A stretch of DNA of 54,016 nucleotides, filler included, from Sphacelaria rigidula (GCA_964200075.2; 4 parts of 4 records of this genome joined end to end with filler, not necessarily neighbours in it); one strand, 5' to 3'. Counted from the whole stretch's first letter, positions 1-11,950 are shown. The notes: generated by a model not told the origin, from the letters alone. Translations and numbers: made by a program.

Positions 1-720
1 ATGCTCTGTTTGTTACAGTCCTTCTTGTATTGACCCTTATCGCCACACTCAAAACAACCTGCATAACTCAGACCAGGTTTGTGGGGCTTTGTTGAGCTCT
101 TACCGCCACTACCCGCTCCGGCGGCCGCAGCCGCTGCGCCGGCATTCGATGTCAGTTTTTTCGAGCCTTGTGAGCCCCTTCCTTTTTGCGTGAGTTGCGG
201 TTGCTGGCGGCGGTGTTCGTCAAACTCCTCAATACTCTGTCCCTTCTGGTTAACGAAGGCTGCTGTTTTCATAAATGCTCAAGGCTTGAAGTCTCTGTAG
301 CTCGAAAGAGCGAGAAAGCCTCGTTGCCGCCGCAGCAGCACATTCTTCATCAATAGCAGCAAGGGCACTTCGTCTCCCGGCACCAAAACATCCCACCGTC
401 TGCTTCTCCGCTTCCTTAGCAGGCAATGCTAGTCTTTTCGCCTCAGTAAATTCCTCAAGCGCCGGCTGCCGTGAATTTCGTGTATTCTGCCGGCTTTGCC
501 CCCGCAGCGCCGCTCCAGGTATATGGTTGCGCCCGACCCGGTAGGTCTCTACTGCAACCCATTCTATGGATCGCTCGATCCCGCCGGTACAACTCCAGGT
601 ACCCAAAACTGGTTGGATGGGGTGACACCGTACGGAGGCACGTCCCCCGTATTTCCGCACCGCACCCCCTGTCCAGCCGTTTGACCTTGACTGGTCTGCG
701 ATACTGAGACACCAGGAATC
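1..720 (-). mobile_element. Degenerate gag-like fragment ending in a zinc knuckle (Gypsy-related)
   Basis: Minus strand at ~14-55 reads CFECGDKGQYKKDC (CX2CX4QX4C). Bases 1-235 align with 5020-5255 of the Gypsy element. Sequence at 236-720 differs from the paralog and has stops and frameshifts. Confidence 0.55.
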
Positions 721-849
721 GGTGGCACGCCAGGCTACTGATTAATCCAAGCTTTTGGGATCTAGAGATGCGGACACTAAAGTGTGTAAGGGACGGTCTG
801 CAGACGGGACAGGAGAGTTAACATACCGTAACTCCGCGGTCTTGCTCAT

Positions 850-1741
850 TTGACTCCCAAACCGCTGAAACCACAAGCAGACCACAACGTAAACAGGCGT
901 AGGGATCTAAGCATGCGGGTTGTGCTACCCTCCCCAGCCACGTACCCTGCAATGACGAATTGGAGTGAGTTAGAATGCTATCGGGGAGCCCGGGGTAGAG
1001 GGCGACCTAATGCGAGTACCGGTTTGGAGGATATGCAGACAATGTATAGTGGGCTAGCAGGATGCAAGTACTTGAGGTGAGTTGATTTAGCAAGTGGGTT
1101 TTTCCGGTTGGGGCTGAGTGTCTGAAACAACGATACAGGGCAGCTGCTTGCACTGTGAAAGCCGAGAAGAATGTGTCTGCCAAAGGGAACAGGCACGAAC
1201 GACAGTGCACCCGCCGGTACTAAAAAAAAGTGGATTCCAGACGAATCATTATTTGCCCGACCCTTGCTGGATTGCGTGGTGTTGTGGTGGTCGTACGCAT
1301 TGTTGTTCGCATGGACAGCTTTGGCGTGTTTGGCAGCGATGGCGGAGGTGTCTCGACTGTTGCGCCATGAGGTATTTGAGGAGAACAGTGTGCAACTGGG
1401 AGGTGTTGCTGTTGGGAACTGTGTATTTTTACCCGTTTCCCCTCTGGTTTCCTCTGTAAAACTGACTGAAGCACAGGTGGTTAATACTGCCCGAGTAGCT
1501 GTGGAGGCAGATCGATAGCTTGTCGCATTGGTTCGGCGGTGCGGATATACCGTTTAGTGGCGAACTAAGCGACTTCACGAGCGTGCGAGCTGTAGCTGGG
1601 CTCTTGGCGCGAGGAGCGAGTGTTCGAGTGGAAACGCTGCTCTACGCTGTGCACGTGGTCGTGGTTCGAGTGCTGCTGTTTCTCAGAAGCGGGCTGGAGG
1701 AATATAAACAAGGCATTACCTGAGGTGCTTGACGTTGCGGT
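850..1741 (-). mobile_element. Probable 5' part (pseudo-LTR plus ORF start) of a degenerate Penelope-like element
   Basis: 1499-1741 is a diverged direct repeat of 6127-6365, which lies at the 3' end of the Penelope-like remnant. Downstream minus-strand translation (...ISSKPVLALGRPLPRAP) loosely resembles the PLE N-terminal motif. The assignment is inference. Confidence 0.35.
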
Positions 1742-1882
1742 TTTGAAACTTCATCGGCTCATGGTTCATGTCTTCCACCGCCCAGGTACACCCAGCTCAT
1801 CCTCCGGCACCTGCGTAAGAATACTTCCCCAGTGTAGATCCGATGCGTCTGGACCCATGAGCACCCCATACCCCTGCTTGGG

Positions 1883-3028
1883 TTATGACAAAGCGACAGC
1901 ATGCGCCACCAAATCTTGCGCCTCGTGCCACGCCTGAGCACGCCTGGACGTCCATGCCGACTCCTCGATTGTCCAGTTTGACGCCACTCGCTTGGTACGG
2001 CGCACGTTCCCCTGCATGTGTTCCCCCCGTAATACCCGCAGCGGTTCCACCATCTCCGCCAAACGCGGCAGGGACGTTCTCAGCCAGTTTACCCCCTGCA
2101 GGAACTGCATAAGCCCGCCTGCTGTGCGCGGGCACCTAAGATTGACCAGCCCGCTCAGTCTCTCGCGCCCATGAGCCACTTGACCACCTGAAAAGACCTT
2201 TCCGCACCACGTGAGCTGTGTGTCGTAGAACATGCACTTGTGCGTAGCCGCAAAAAGACCAGCACCCTTCGATCGGCCCAAAATCTCGTCCAGTGTACAC
2301 AACAGATCATCCTCATCTTTATTCCACCACAAGATATCATCCACCCTTACTTTGCACTGAAGTCCGGTCAATAACCCTGTCGTGATGCCTTGAAAGTACC
2401 CCGTCGCATTCAACACCCCTTGCGGCACCCGTGTGGGGGTAAATAGACCTTCGGGAGTCGCGATCGTGAATATTTCTCGTGCATCAGCCGCCAACGGCAT
2501 CTGCCAGTACCCCTGCAGCATATCAATCTTGCAAAAACACGCAGCGCCAAGCAGATCGATCATTTCCGCCTCGTGGTTCGGCATAACATTCGGAACCTTC
2601 TCAATCTGCTTGTTTTCCCCGCAATAGTCACTCACCATTCGATAACCGCCCTTCTTCGGCGTTAACATGGCCGCACTCGCCCACACTGCCTGTAAGCTGC
2701 GAAATTCGAGCGCGAGCGCGACCAGCGTCGCGATACACCCTGCTAACCACGTTACCTTTACAGGGGAATACACCAGCGGGCTCGCCTTGACTGTTCTAGC
2801 CCCAGGTTTGAATATCACCTTCAATAGCTCTACTCGACCAGGCGGATCACCGCGCAGTCCTCGCCGAAAAGCGTTGACACGGCGCCCGACAACCTCCCGA
2901 AGCTTATCAACGCCGCTCGCCGACATCCCCTTGTCCACGGCCGCCTGTACTGCATGATCCAGTACGACACGACGCTCCGCCAGCTCCTCCTCTGGAGTCA
3001 TGTTCATCTCGGGACCACGCGACATCAA
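1883..3028 (-). pseudogene. Gypsy reverse transcriptase ORF (381 aa, degenerate)
   Basis: Motifs KIDMLQGYWQMPL, TPEGLFTPTRVPQGVLNATGYFQ and CKVRVDDIL (YxDD equivalent), then LMQFLQGVNWLR. Stops at both flanks. Confidence 0.9.
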
Positions 3029-3264
3029 TCGCTCACGGAGGGATCCACGGGCTCCTGTTCTCCACCTGGATCTTGTAACGTCTCAATCGCAATGCTCGCA
3101 TGCCTAAATTCTCGGAATTCAGGCGTATCTACATCTCTTACCAACGCGTGTCTTGAGCGTGCGCATGCGTCCAGCTCACTGTACACGTCAATGCCCATCG
3201 CCTCCAGCGTTCCGCTCCCGAGGATCACCACATTATCAGCACCTGGCATAACCGTATGATGACA

Positions 3265-4280
3265 CGGGTTTGATCGGCAGGCTATGTGGATTTGAACATG
3301 ATATGCTTCACGCATGTGTTTACTTCCGATAACGAAGAATGTGTTTGTGAATAACAACTGTCTTCAATACTCCAAGCCCTAGTGAGGCAGGAAGCCCTTG
3401 GAGCAGTCTTGTGACCTTATTTTGAGTCCAGGAGGGCTCTATAGTAAACATTCATTAAGCGGAACCCGCTGGTTTCTGGAAGAGATTTTTCAGCCGTGGG
3501 CAGCTGCGGAGAAATTTCATCAAAATTTGTATACAGTATTGTGCACTCTGAGGGAGCTCGCGGAAAACAGATGGACGGCTAGGTTGGCTGGAATTGTTGC
3601 GTGCAGCTATGGCAGCGCGCAAGAAAGTGGGTGATGGCGATGCAGACGGAGAGGTGAAGTTCAAGTTTACTGAGAAAATGCCTGCAGGATCGCTGAATGC
3701 CCCAGAATACGGACGGTATTTCAGGAAAAATGCGGTCCGACGTTTTTGTCAGGAATACATCGAATATGAGGAGGCGGTCAAGTTGAACGATAAGGGACGT
3801 AGCATACAGGCCGTCTTGTTGACTGTTATTGAACTGATGCCGAAGCACATTCGTGCGTGTCTGTCACGCACGATTTTTTACGGATCCGTGCTTGCCGAAG
3901 ATGATCTCAAGGAGTCACTAGACCGACATGCGAAATGTTGGGAGGATGAAGAGATTGATCCTTTAGTTGCTGCCGCTGGTGTGCGGAAAGCGTTGGCGGC
4001 CCGCAACGAGCAAACTGCAGTGGGAAGAGTAGAAGGGCAGTGGGATACCCTGGAGAATGTTTTTGCGGAGAATGCTAGCGCCGAGCGTGCGTTCCGCGAT
4101 GATGTAATTTTCAAATGAGGACCCGCTCAAATCATAACACGGGAAATGTTGAAGGGACAAACCCCGCCCCCGAATTCAAAACCAAAGTCCTCAACATGTT
4201 GAACATGAAGAGGAGATGTAAGGAGGATCCTGGGCTTGTGTATAACACGGCTTGGGAAGCAGCGGAGGCATGGAAGGCGT
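3265..4280 (+). mobile_element. Inverted LTR-end + PBS-like + gag fragment of a related Gypsy copy, inserted in the protease of the minus-strand element
   Basis: The gag at 3594-4290 is paralogous to 5990-5258 (ELMPKHIRAC vs ELVPKHIQNC; AAAGVRKALAA vs AAAGVRKILAA; PPEFKTKV vs PPEFKNKV). It has one stop and a frameshift. Leader 3420-3480 matches the reverse complement of 6057-6115, including TGGTTTCTGGA at 3470-3480. Confidence 0.75.
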
Positions 4281-6126
4281 TGGAACATTGCTTGAAACTG
4301 GGCCGCCACTTTTTCAGACATGATAGTCATACCAGCCCCCGAATTCAAAACTCCAGTAACAGGGCAAACGTTCTTGGCTGCGGGACCAGGAACGGACAAG
4401 TCTGCCCGGCAGCATCGCTGGTTGTGGTCAACTACCACACGCTCATCCTGTAAATCTGCAACCTCATGGGTGCGCAGACCCCGTCATACCGGCATTGTCT
4501 GAGACGTCCACTCCTGAGCCGGTCCCGCCGGCAGTGGGGGTTGAGCTGCAGGAGCTGGAACGGAAGGCTGGGACGGCACCATGCTATCCGCACTACTAGC
4601 ACCCCCTTGCGTTCCATCCCCTGGGAGAACAGTCCGTGTGGGAGCAAGACCTTTACTGCCCCCCCGCTGACCATGGACCTGTTGCTGCTTGTAGACTTCT
4701 GTCACCCAAGATCAGATTGCGATGTGGACTCCTCCCATCACGGGCACATGGACTTCAGCAGCTTTAGTTATTCATATATTTACCCTCAGCATAGTACAGG
4801 AGAACAGGACCATAGCCTCTCTCCACCAGAGAGGCAAAACCGGCTCTACTCGTCACGGAGGTCAGCATCACAGAGTCCGGCAATCAGACCCGCAACTCTA
4901 CCTACAATGTCCCTGACATTCGATAACAATGGTGGCTAGAGTCTACATGCTGCTGCTGCCACGGCGGCGGCGACGACGACTTTGCTCACCCACCTGACGC
5001 ACTCACCGCGGCCGCAGGTGTGCTCTGTTTGTTACAGTCCTTCTTGTATTGGCCCTTATCGCCACACTCAAAACAACCTGCATAGCTCGGACCAGGTTTG
5101 TGGGGCTTTTTCGAGCTCTTGTCGCCACTACCCGCTGCGGCGGCTGCAGCCGCTGCGCCGGCATGCGATGTCGGTTTTTTCGAGCCTTGTGAGCCCCTTT
5201 TTTATGCCTAAGTTGCGGTTGCTGGCGGCGGTGTTTGTCAACCTCCTCAACAGTCTTCTATTTTTCCGCCAAGTCATGAGCTACCTCATAAACCACTTTC
5301 GGGCTCTCTTTCCAATCCCTTTTCATGTAGAGCATATTTTGAACTTTATTCTTAAACTCAGGTGGGGTCAGGCTGGCGAGCATAGCTGTGTGCTGGACCA
5401 GCCTTGAACGTACGGTCAGGTTCAAGGAAAACGCACTCCGTACCTGCATTTTCCGCAAAGTACTCTGGTAATGAACTCCATTGCCGTTCTACTCGACCCA
5501 TTGCAGTTGCTTCAGACTGTGCGGCAAGGATCTTTCTCACGCCTGCTGCAGCTTCGGAAGGATCAAATTCCATATCAAACCAGCATTTCGCTTGGCGTCC
5601 AATCCCTTGGTGCAGTTCGTCTACGTCCAATGGCAACCCGTCAAAGATGGTGTCAGACACACAGTTCTGGATGTGCTTGGGCACCAACTCTTGCATGGTC
5701 AATCAACAGTGCGCACTTGACCGACCGGCCTTTGTTACTTTTTTCCACTGCCTCCTCATATTCTGGATACTTTTAGTAGAAGCGTACGGAAGCTTCTTCG
5801 CTGAATACTCGCCCCTATTCGGGCACTTTCAAGGATCCACCCTAGGTCAATTCGGTTACTGCAAACTTCACTTCATCAACCGTCTCGCTAGTGCCTCCTT
5901 ACCTTCGCGCTGCCATGCTTCCAACAGCTTCCTATCACCGCACGCCTTGGATTTGTGTGGCCTGCGCCTCTCTCTCCGCCACTTTATCCCCCTCTGTTAT
6001 TCAACGTGAGCGTCCTCACGTTCTACAAACAGTTGGGTGCGACTTCAAAAACCTAATCCAGAAACCACAAGTTTCCTGAATAAACGTTTATTGTAAACCT
6101 GCCTGGAATCAAAACTGCCCAAGTAT

Positions 6127-8040
6127 CTGTGGAGGCAGGTGGCTTGTCATATTGGTTCGACGGTGCGGATATACCGTTTGGTGGCGAGCTGAGCGGCTCC
6201 ACGAGGGTGCGAGCTGTAGCTGGACTCACGGCACGAGGAACGAGTGTTCGAGTGCAAGCACTGCTCTATGCTGTGCACAGGGTTGTGCTTCGAGTGCTGC
6301 TGTTTCTTAGGAGCGCGCTACAGGACTACAAAGGAGGCATTACCTGAGGTGCTTGCTGTTGTGGTGAGCGCCGAGTTGACTGCTGATGTTGAGGAGCAAG
6401 TGCTGAGGTGATTGAGTGCTTGTTGAGAAAGAGGAAACACATCATGACTGGTATTTGCAAATTGTTTTGAGCATGATTGCAGCTTGTTATTGTGTGGTTT
6501 GTGGTCATGTTTGCGCATGAAACATGGTTGGTGGGCGAGTATGATCGTATCGCGTGTGCAGGGTGAAATGCTGGCGTACGCGTGGACATTTAGGATGTGT
6601 GTGTGTTGTGCTAATCTGGTCGGCAAGATTGATGCATGGTGTTTGCTGCGAGAAAGGTCGCATTGCATGCGCTGGGTGAAATGCTGGCATGCATGTGTAA
6701 AATATTTCCTATATGGTACTAGTGGTGGGCATGGTAACTGGCGAAGAGTCAGGGTAAAGCAGTTTTCAATATACCGCTGTAAGCTGGATGAGGGGAACCT
6801 GGTATATACCTGTTCACACAGACACGCGGCGGAGTTCTCTTTGTGTAGTTTGTGGGTACTAACTATAGGAGATGATGATTGCTGCTGTTGGCGTTAAAAT
6901 GAGCAGTAACTACGAAATGCGTAGGCTCGTATGTGTGCAAGGAAAACGGGAGTGTTTTTTGTGATTGAAGATGAATGATCTTCAGCTATGGAACGTCTTT
7001 TGAGGAAATATTTCATTTCCGTCTGGAAGGATCATGTGGATGGAGTGTCCATTTGTCTAAGGAAGCAGTGTAAGTGAGCTGCAATTCTGTTGGGACATGA
7101 GCTGCATTCTACATCGCGGTTAATCGACCGATGGGATATCACGGTCCTGAATCCAAGTTGGGATAATATATCTCGGTGCTTTCTGGGGTGTACTCGGTAG
7201 AAACGAGTTTAAGAACGATATCACTACGGGTTATCAATTATAGCGGAGGTCGAGGTCCGTTTGCCGTTAGATTGGTATACATGGCTTAAAGGGCGGTTCG
7301 AGTCATGGCTTTCTTTCAATTATTCTCATGAGTTGAGTGGCACGATAAAGCTTTGAAGCATTCACAGGGTTGAAAATGGGAGAGACGAGCTGGGTTCTAA
7401 ACGTGTTGGATACCTATTTTTCTAGTTTCAGGTATATATTGCTTGGCTGTTGCACTCGTTGCGCAGATGTTGAACATACGAAAGAGCGTTTCGTATGTTG
7501 AATGGTATCGAATGCGAGAGCGGTATCGAATGCGAGAGAAGAAGTGTCACAATGGCTTTAGAATTTGAATTTCGTCGACATTTGAGATTTTTTTGCCGGA
7601 GAATGCCTGAGCATTGAGCGTCAGCTATCGCTCCATGACTCGGAGTGGTGCAAGTAGCGTGATGGCGTGTTTATGATGGACGTGTTGGATTCCTTGCGAA
7701 TTGTTCGGAAGTTGGAGAAGCTTGTATGGCTGTTATCGTATACTGCGTTGGGGATTGCCACTCTAGGTGAAAATTGACGGTAGACTTCAGCAACAATGAT
7801 GTCTGAGTTCATCAAGCTTTAGGTTGACTACTTGGTGGTAGTAAGCGAGCTTTGGGGGTCTGTAGACTCCGAGAAACATTGTTACCGAGGTTGGGTACAT
7901 GACTGCAGTGGAGAAAATGCATAGCAGGCGTTTATAGCCTGGTTGATGGATAACGGGTCTGAGAGTATGATGGGTGGACTCCGTTATGTATGATATTTTC
8001 ATACGAGGTACGCTGGTAACTTCCGGTTTCAACGAACACT
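6127..8040 (-). mobile_element. Heavily degenerate Penelope-like retroelement (RT, HTH, GIY-YIG remnants, 3' repeat)
   Basis: Across frameshifts the minus strand gives, in PLE order: SINQAINAC, IIVAEVYRQF, VYDNSHTSF (like YVDDSHxRF), LYRATQL..IEE..VYQSNG and VECSSCPN. Recognised by eye only. Confidence 0.55.
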
Positions 8041-8059
8041 GCTGTTTGCATAACTGTTT

Positions 8060-8230
8060 CAGTATTGAAGTCTCTGGATCCCGTGACAGGGAGGAAGCCT
8101 GTGGCGCAGCACTGTGACCTTGTTCTGATTTCAGACAAGCCTACAGTGAGTCTTGAAGTCTTTGGAGCCCTTGGCAGGGAGGAAGCCTTTGCAGCAGTGC
8201 TGTGACCTTGTTCTGATTTCAAACAAGTAT
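8060..8230 (+). repeat. Two tandem copies of a ~75-bp Gypsy LTR segment
   Basis: TTGAAGTCT..GGAGGAAGCCT..TGTGACCTTGTTCTGATTTCARACAAG occurs twice (~8065-8140, ~8153-8228). It is homologous to 3360-3430 (upstream of the PBS and gag) and to the reverse complement of 11120-11200. Confidence 0.7.
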
Positions 8231-8599
8231 CTAGTTCCCGCACTTGGAACGTTAAAGCTGCACGCACGTACCGCATTGATGTAACAACCTTGATTGAACG
8301 CACCTCGGACCATGAATAACAGTACATTACATCGTTTGAGAGCTCAGAGGGCGGGATGTGGTGGGGGAAAAAAAAATCAATTATCAACTCGCGGGAGGAA
8401 TGATGGAACAAGTAACATGGACGGTAGCGCTTTTCCAGCACAAAAATTAAAGAGGACACCAGAAAAGGGAAAGAAAGCGGAAGCAACAGGAATCTGATCG
8501 GACAAGGCAGGCTCATGCGTGTGCATCTGGCCATGGTTTCCCGTGTCAGGGGACAGCTAAGGATAATTCTCTTGACTCCCGTCCAATGTCAACCTGTTT

Positions 8600-9010
8600 G
8601 GGCACGCATGTGAATCATGGCTCTCATCAACCTGTTCGAACAAGCACGGTCTTGACATCTTGAGCCCTTCATCCTCGTTCACTTCGTGCCTTTTTGCCGT
8701 CTGGTGCAAACATATCCCTCGTTCATACAACTTTTTCGTTCATCAATCCAAAGTCTGGCTTACAAGCTGGTAACGTTCATAGTATCCACGATAATTACAC
8801 TCGTCGTTCAGTACCAGCCAACAACCCTCGTCGGTTTCTTTCCGTGTACATCTCGGCGAAGGAATGTGTGGAACCCGTGGACCCTCAAGACCAGAAGAAT
8901 GTAGCTCTGTTCTGGTGACGGTCACAGTACGCACGGATAGACGGTAAACTTTGGATTGACTGTCGGGGAGCGCACAGCAGACGGTCACCGGGAGCTGACG
9001 GAGCATGCGT
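8600..9010 (-). pseudogene. Possible decayed EsV-1-7-like Cys/His repeat remnant
   Basis: Fragments RATF/GLEGPRVP..C, VLNDECNYRG and CKPDFGLMNEK, in different frames, resemble the EsV-1-7 repeat pattern. Many stops. Confidence 0.3.
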
Positions 9011-11109
9011 CTGGCAGCCTCGTGAAGACAGACCTCTTGGCTCGCAGTTTCCTCCGTAGTCGCCTAATTGTTATGGAGTTAAGTTGATTATCCGATTCAT
9101 AGGTAGCTACGGGGGAGTTTGTAGACGGTCCTATTCTTGAAATTATCGACGACTGATGCTGTTCACATGCAACCCAGTGGTCGTTGATTCACCGCTGCGG
9201 GTCAGAGTAATCAACGTCTGATACATTTAGCACTGGAACCGCTAACCCAATTGATAATAATTTTAAATAACTACGAGTGCATGGTTCAGTGTAATATCTT
9301 CACTATCGGAGCAAGGCCACATAGCTCCGGAGTTGTTTTAGCATACATGGCTCGTGTATATCTGGTTTGTCATCCATCCCGCGCGTAAACGATCAAGCGG
9401 GGGGTCGGGGCGCCAGGGGTTTTATATCCCTTTTTCATGACACGAAAACATTCCATGCATCGATTATCTGCTCCCCCCCTGACTGGGGTAGAGTAAATAA
9501 CTCACATTGCGTTCATTCAAGCCTCGTAATTTTCGTTCACGATAGATCGGCTTCACATGGTAGCCTGGAAGGTTTGCACAACCAGCATGACTTCAAGGTT
9601 CCGCAACAGCTTCGTGCATTAGCGGACAGCAAATAAACGCTGTTATTCCCTGTCAGTAGTGCACATGGTCATGCATGAGATGTGGTAGTCGATGCCCCCC
9701 CATTCTCAAACACATGCGCTATCCATTCAGCAATAAATTTAGCAGACAACATCTCGGAAGCACCGTATTTTTCTCATCTTTTTCCCGCGATATCAATATA
9801 TCGGAATCAGACCAGGCTTTTCGATACTGCGGTCAATATTTTCTTTCCGGTAATACGATCATCACTTCCCCCTGTGCCTTTGTAGAACATTTTCTCGAAT
9901 TAACAGTGCGCGACTGAGGTAACTCGGAATCTTCCGTGTGCATAATCTCCGGACTGCTTGTTTCATTCAAGCGTTACTGAAAATTCACGCATGGCCAAGC
10001 TAGTAACCGTAAACTTGATGCATAAAGAAAGCATAGCGTAGCTCCTTCCAGCTGCATCGCGCGGCAGTAAGTGGACGTACAGTAGCTGTTGCACGGAGGG
10101 ATACCACAAAGCGGTGTAGAAAATAAGGATTTCATAATGTCGACCGTTTACCCATGTCATGTCAAACAAGCTAACAGATCCGTTGCTTACTAGTGACCGT
10201 ATCAAATTGAATAGCACGGGACATAAAGCACGGCGCGATGTCGCGTTTTTCCTGCAGGAACAGGAGATGCAACAGCAGCTGCGGCTTGGTGCGTGAAGCA
10301 CATACAACGGTGTTTCATCACACGCCAATTTCATAGCCTACAGGAACACTTGCGCAAGTTGTGAACACGTCTAGGGTTGCTTTAACCGATAACTCGGTAC
10401 AAACATTGAGCTTTCTGGTTTCCGTAAGTGGACTTGGGTTCTCACCCCAAAGATGGCTAGATCGCCCCTAGGCAAGTGCGGAACAATTGACCCGCACAGA
10501 CGAGCATCAGTACAACTCGTGTCTAATGTGAATTGAATAACGCCAGTAAGCGGTAGTACAGTGTAGTACCGTACAGTCGCTTGAATATTGTTTCGCAACT
10601 CGGTTTCGCTCTACATAGGCACAGACAGTACAACACAGTACCGCTTTTCTTTTTTCAAGAATCACAGAAGATTCGCAGGGGCGTCTTACAGACTTGTCTG
10701 GAATCAGAACCGGAGTCGATATAGTCCTACTATATATATACGGCATACGGCTTCGCCTCGTTGGCTGATTTTTCCCAGGTTTCTTTCTCAAACGCGGACC
10801 GCGGGCATGGGTGAGTTGCCTTTCACCACCACAATCCGAAATGCGAGTAACCACTGCAGCCATCTCCGTAGTTTGATTACCACTGTACTGGGGCAAAACG
10901 TGAGCGCGTCGCTTCTAGCACGTATCATAAATAGTTGGTTACAGTTTGTCAGGTTGTGTCCCCAAGGAAATTTTGCACCCTGAGATATAAACGAAATTGC
11001 ACTTTGTTGCCTTTATTTCATATGAAGATCGAAATCTCCGGTCAGCTGTCCTTGCTACATTTTTAGCAAAATTTCGTGGAAGTGTGATCAGCACCCTAGA
11101 TGATAGAAT

Positions 11110-11350
11110 TCGAGATGTAGACTTGTCTGCAATCAAAACAAGGTCACAGTGCTGCTCCAGAGGCTTCTTCCCTGTCAGGGGCTCCAGAGACTTCAAGACT
11201 CAAGCAATCAGACGTGACCGTTGATTGCTCCCCTCGCAAACACAATATGCTTCTACGCATTTGATAATCATCCTCCAACCCATTATCACACAATCCAAAC
11301 TGATATCCATATGCTACCGTACTCCTTATGCTGGAGGCGTTACTGTGCTT
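11110..11350 (-). repeat. 3' LTR fragment of the Gypsy family
   Basis: Lies just downstream of the integrase fragment and carries the same ~75-bp LTR segment (11120-11200) as 3360-3430 and 8060-8230. Confidence 0.65.
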
Positions 11351-11353
11351 TCT

Positions 11354-11950
11354 TTACAACACCTTGACGACTGATGCCACCTTCTTCCGCAGCATGTCCT
11401 CATCCACCACATTAAGCCGCCATTCGCCGCCGGTCGACGATGCTAGGGTTGAGAAACTTGTGCGTGGCGCCCGTCTAAAGATCACATAGTATGGCGTACC
11501 GGCGTAGCGCTCGCGGAATGCCGTGTTCAATGCCCACTGTACGGCGGGCACCAGTCCCACCCAGTCACGGACGTCGCGCCTCTCTTCTTGCAGCATGACC
11601 TTCAAATTCAAAGTACGGACAATCTCTCGCTTCGTCCTTTCACATGTACCATTTGACCACGTTGAGTTTGGAACCGCGAAGTCCTGTCAAGCTTCAGCGC
11701 CTTCTCCAGTGCTGGCATCACATGGTTATTGAAATGCGATGCGGTGTCACTAACCCAGGTCTCCGGTAGACCCAACGCCTTGCACCACGCTAACAGATGC
11801 TCCACCGAAGCTGCAGCTGTACAAGACTCGGTGGGCTCCAACCACACGAAATCTCACGGGTCATCCATCATTACAAATATGTACTTGTGCCCGTCGCGTT
11901 CATCCAGGCCGCTCTCGCCCAACGGACCACTTTCGCCAACGTACAGATAA
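11354..11950 (-). pseudogene. Gypsy integrase catalytic core fragment (frameshifted)
   Basis: DYLYVG, KYIFVMMDD, WCKALGLPETWVSDTASHFNN, WSNGTCER and VQWALNTAFRERYAGTPYY are DDE integrase motifs, split over two or three frames. Confidence 0.85.

Larger units (their letters stand above)
1745..6120 (-). mobile_element. Degenerate Ty3/Gypsy LTR retrotransposon (gag-ZnK-PR-RT-start of RNase H), 3' truncated and interrupted at ~3265-4280
   Basis: Domain order on the minus strand: PBS-like TGGTTTCTGGA 6057-6067; gag ~5990-5258; zinc knuckle ~5034-5075; protease VL(N)SGAG ~4330-4352; protease C-terminus VILGSGTLEAMGIDV ~3260-3180; RT 3028-1883; RNase H start PDASDLHWGSILTQVP ~1860-1805. Confidence 0.85.

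Noticed and set aside
1499..6365. Direct repeats as LTRs of the Gypsy element
   Set aside because: No TG...CA ends or TSD; the element is cut inside RNase H; its leader matches a different repeat (3360-3480).
8060..8230. Hammerhead ribozyme or Helitron 3' end
   Set aside because: No CUGANGA..GAAA core, and CTAG follows only one copy. Its position before the PBS and after the integrase marks it as LTR sequence.
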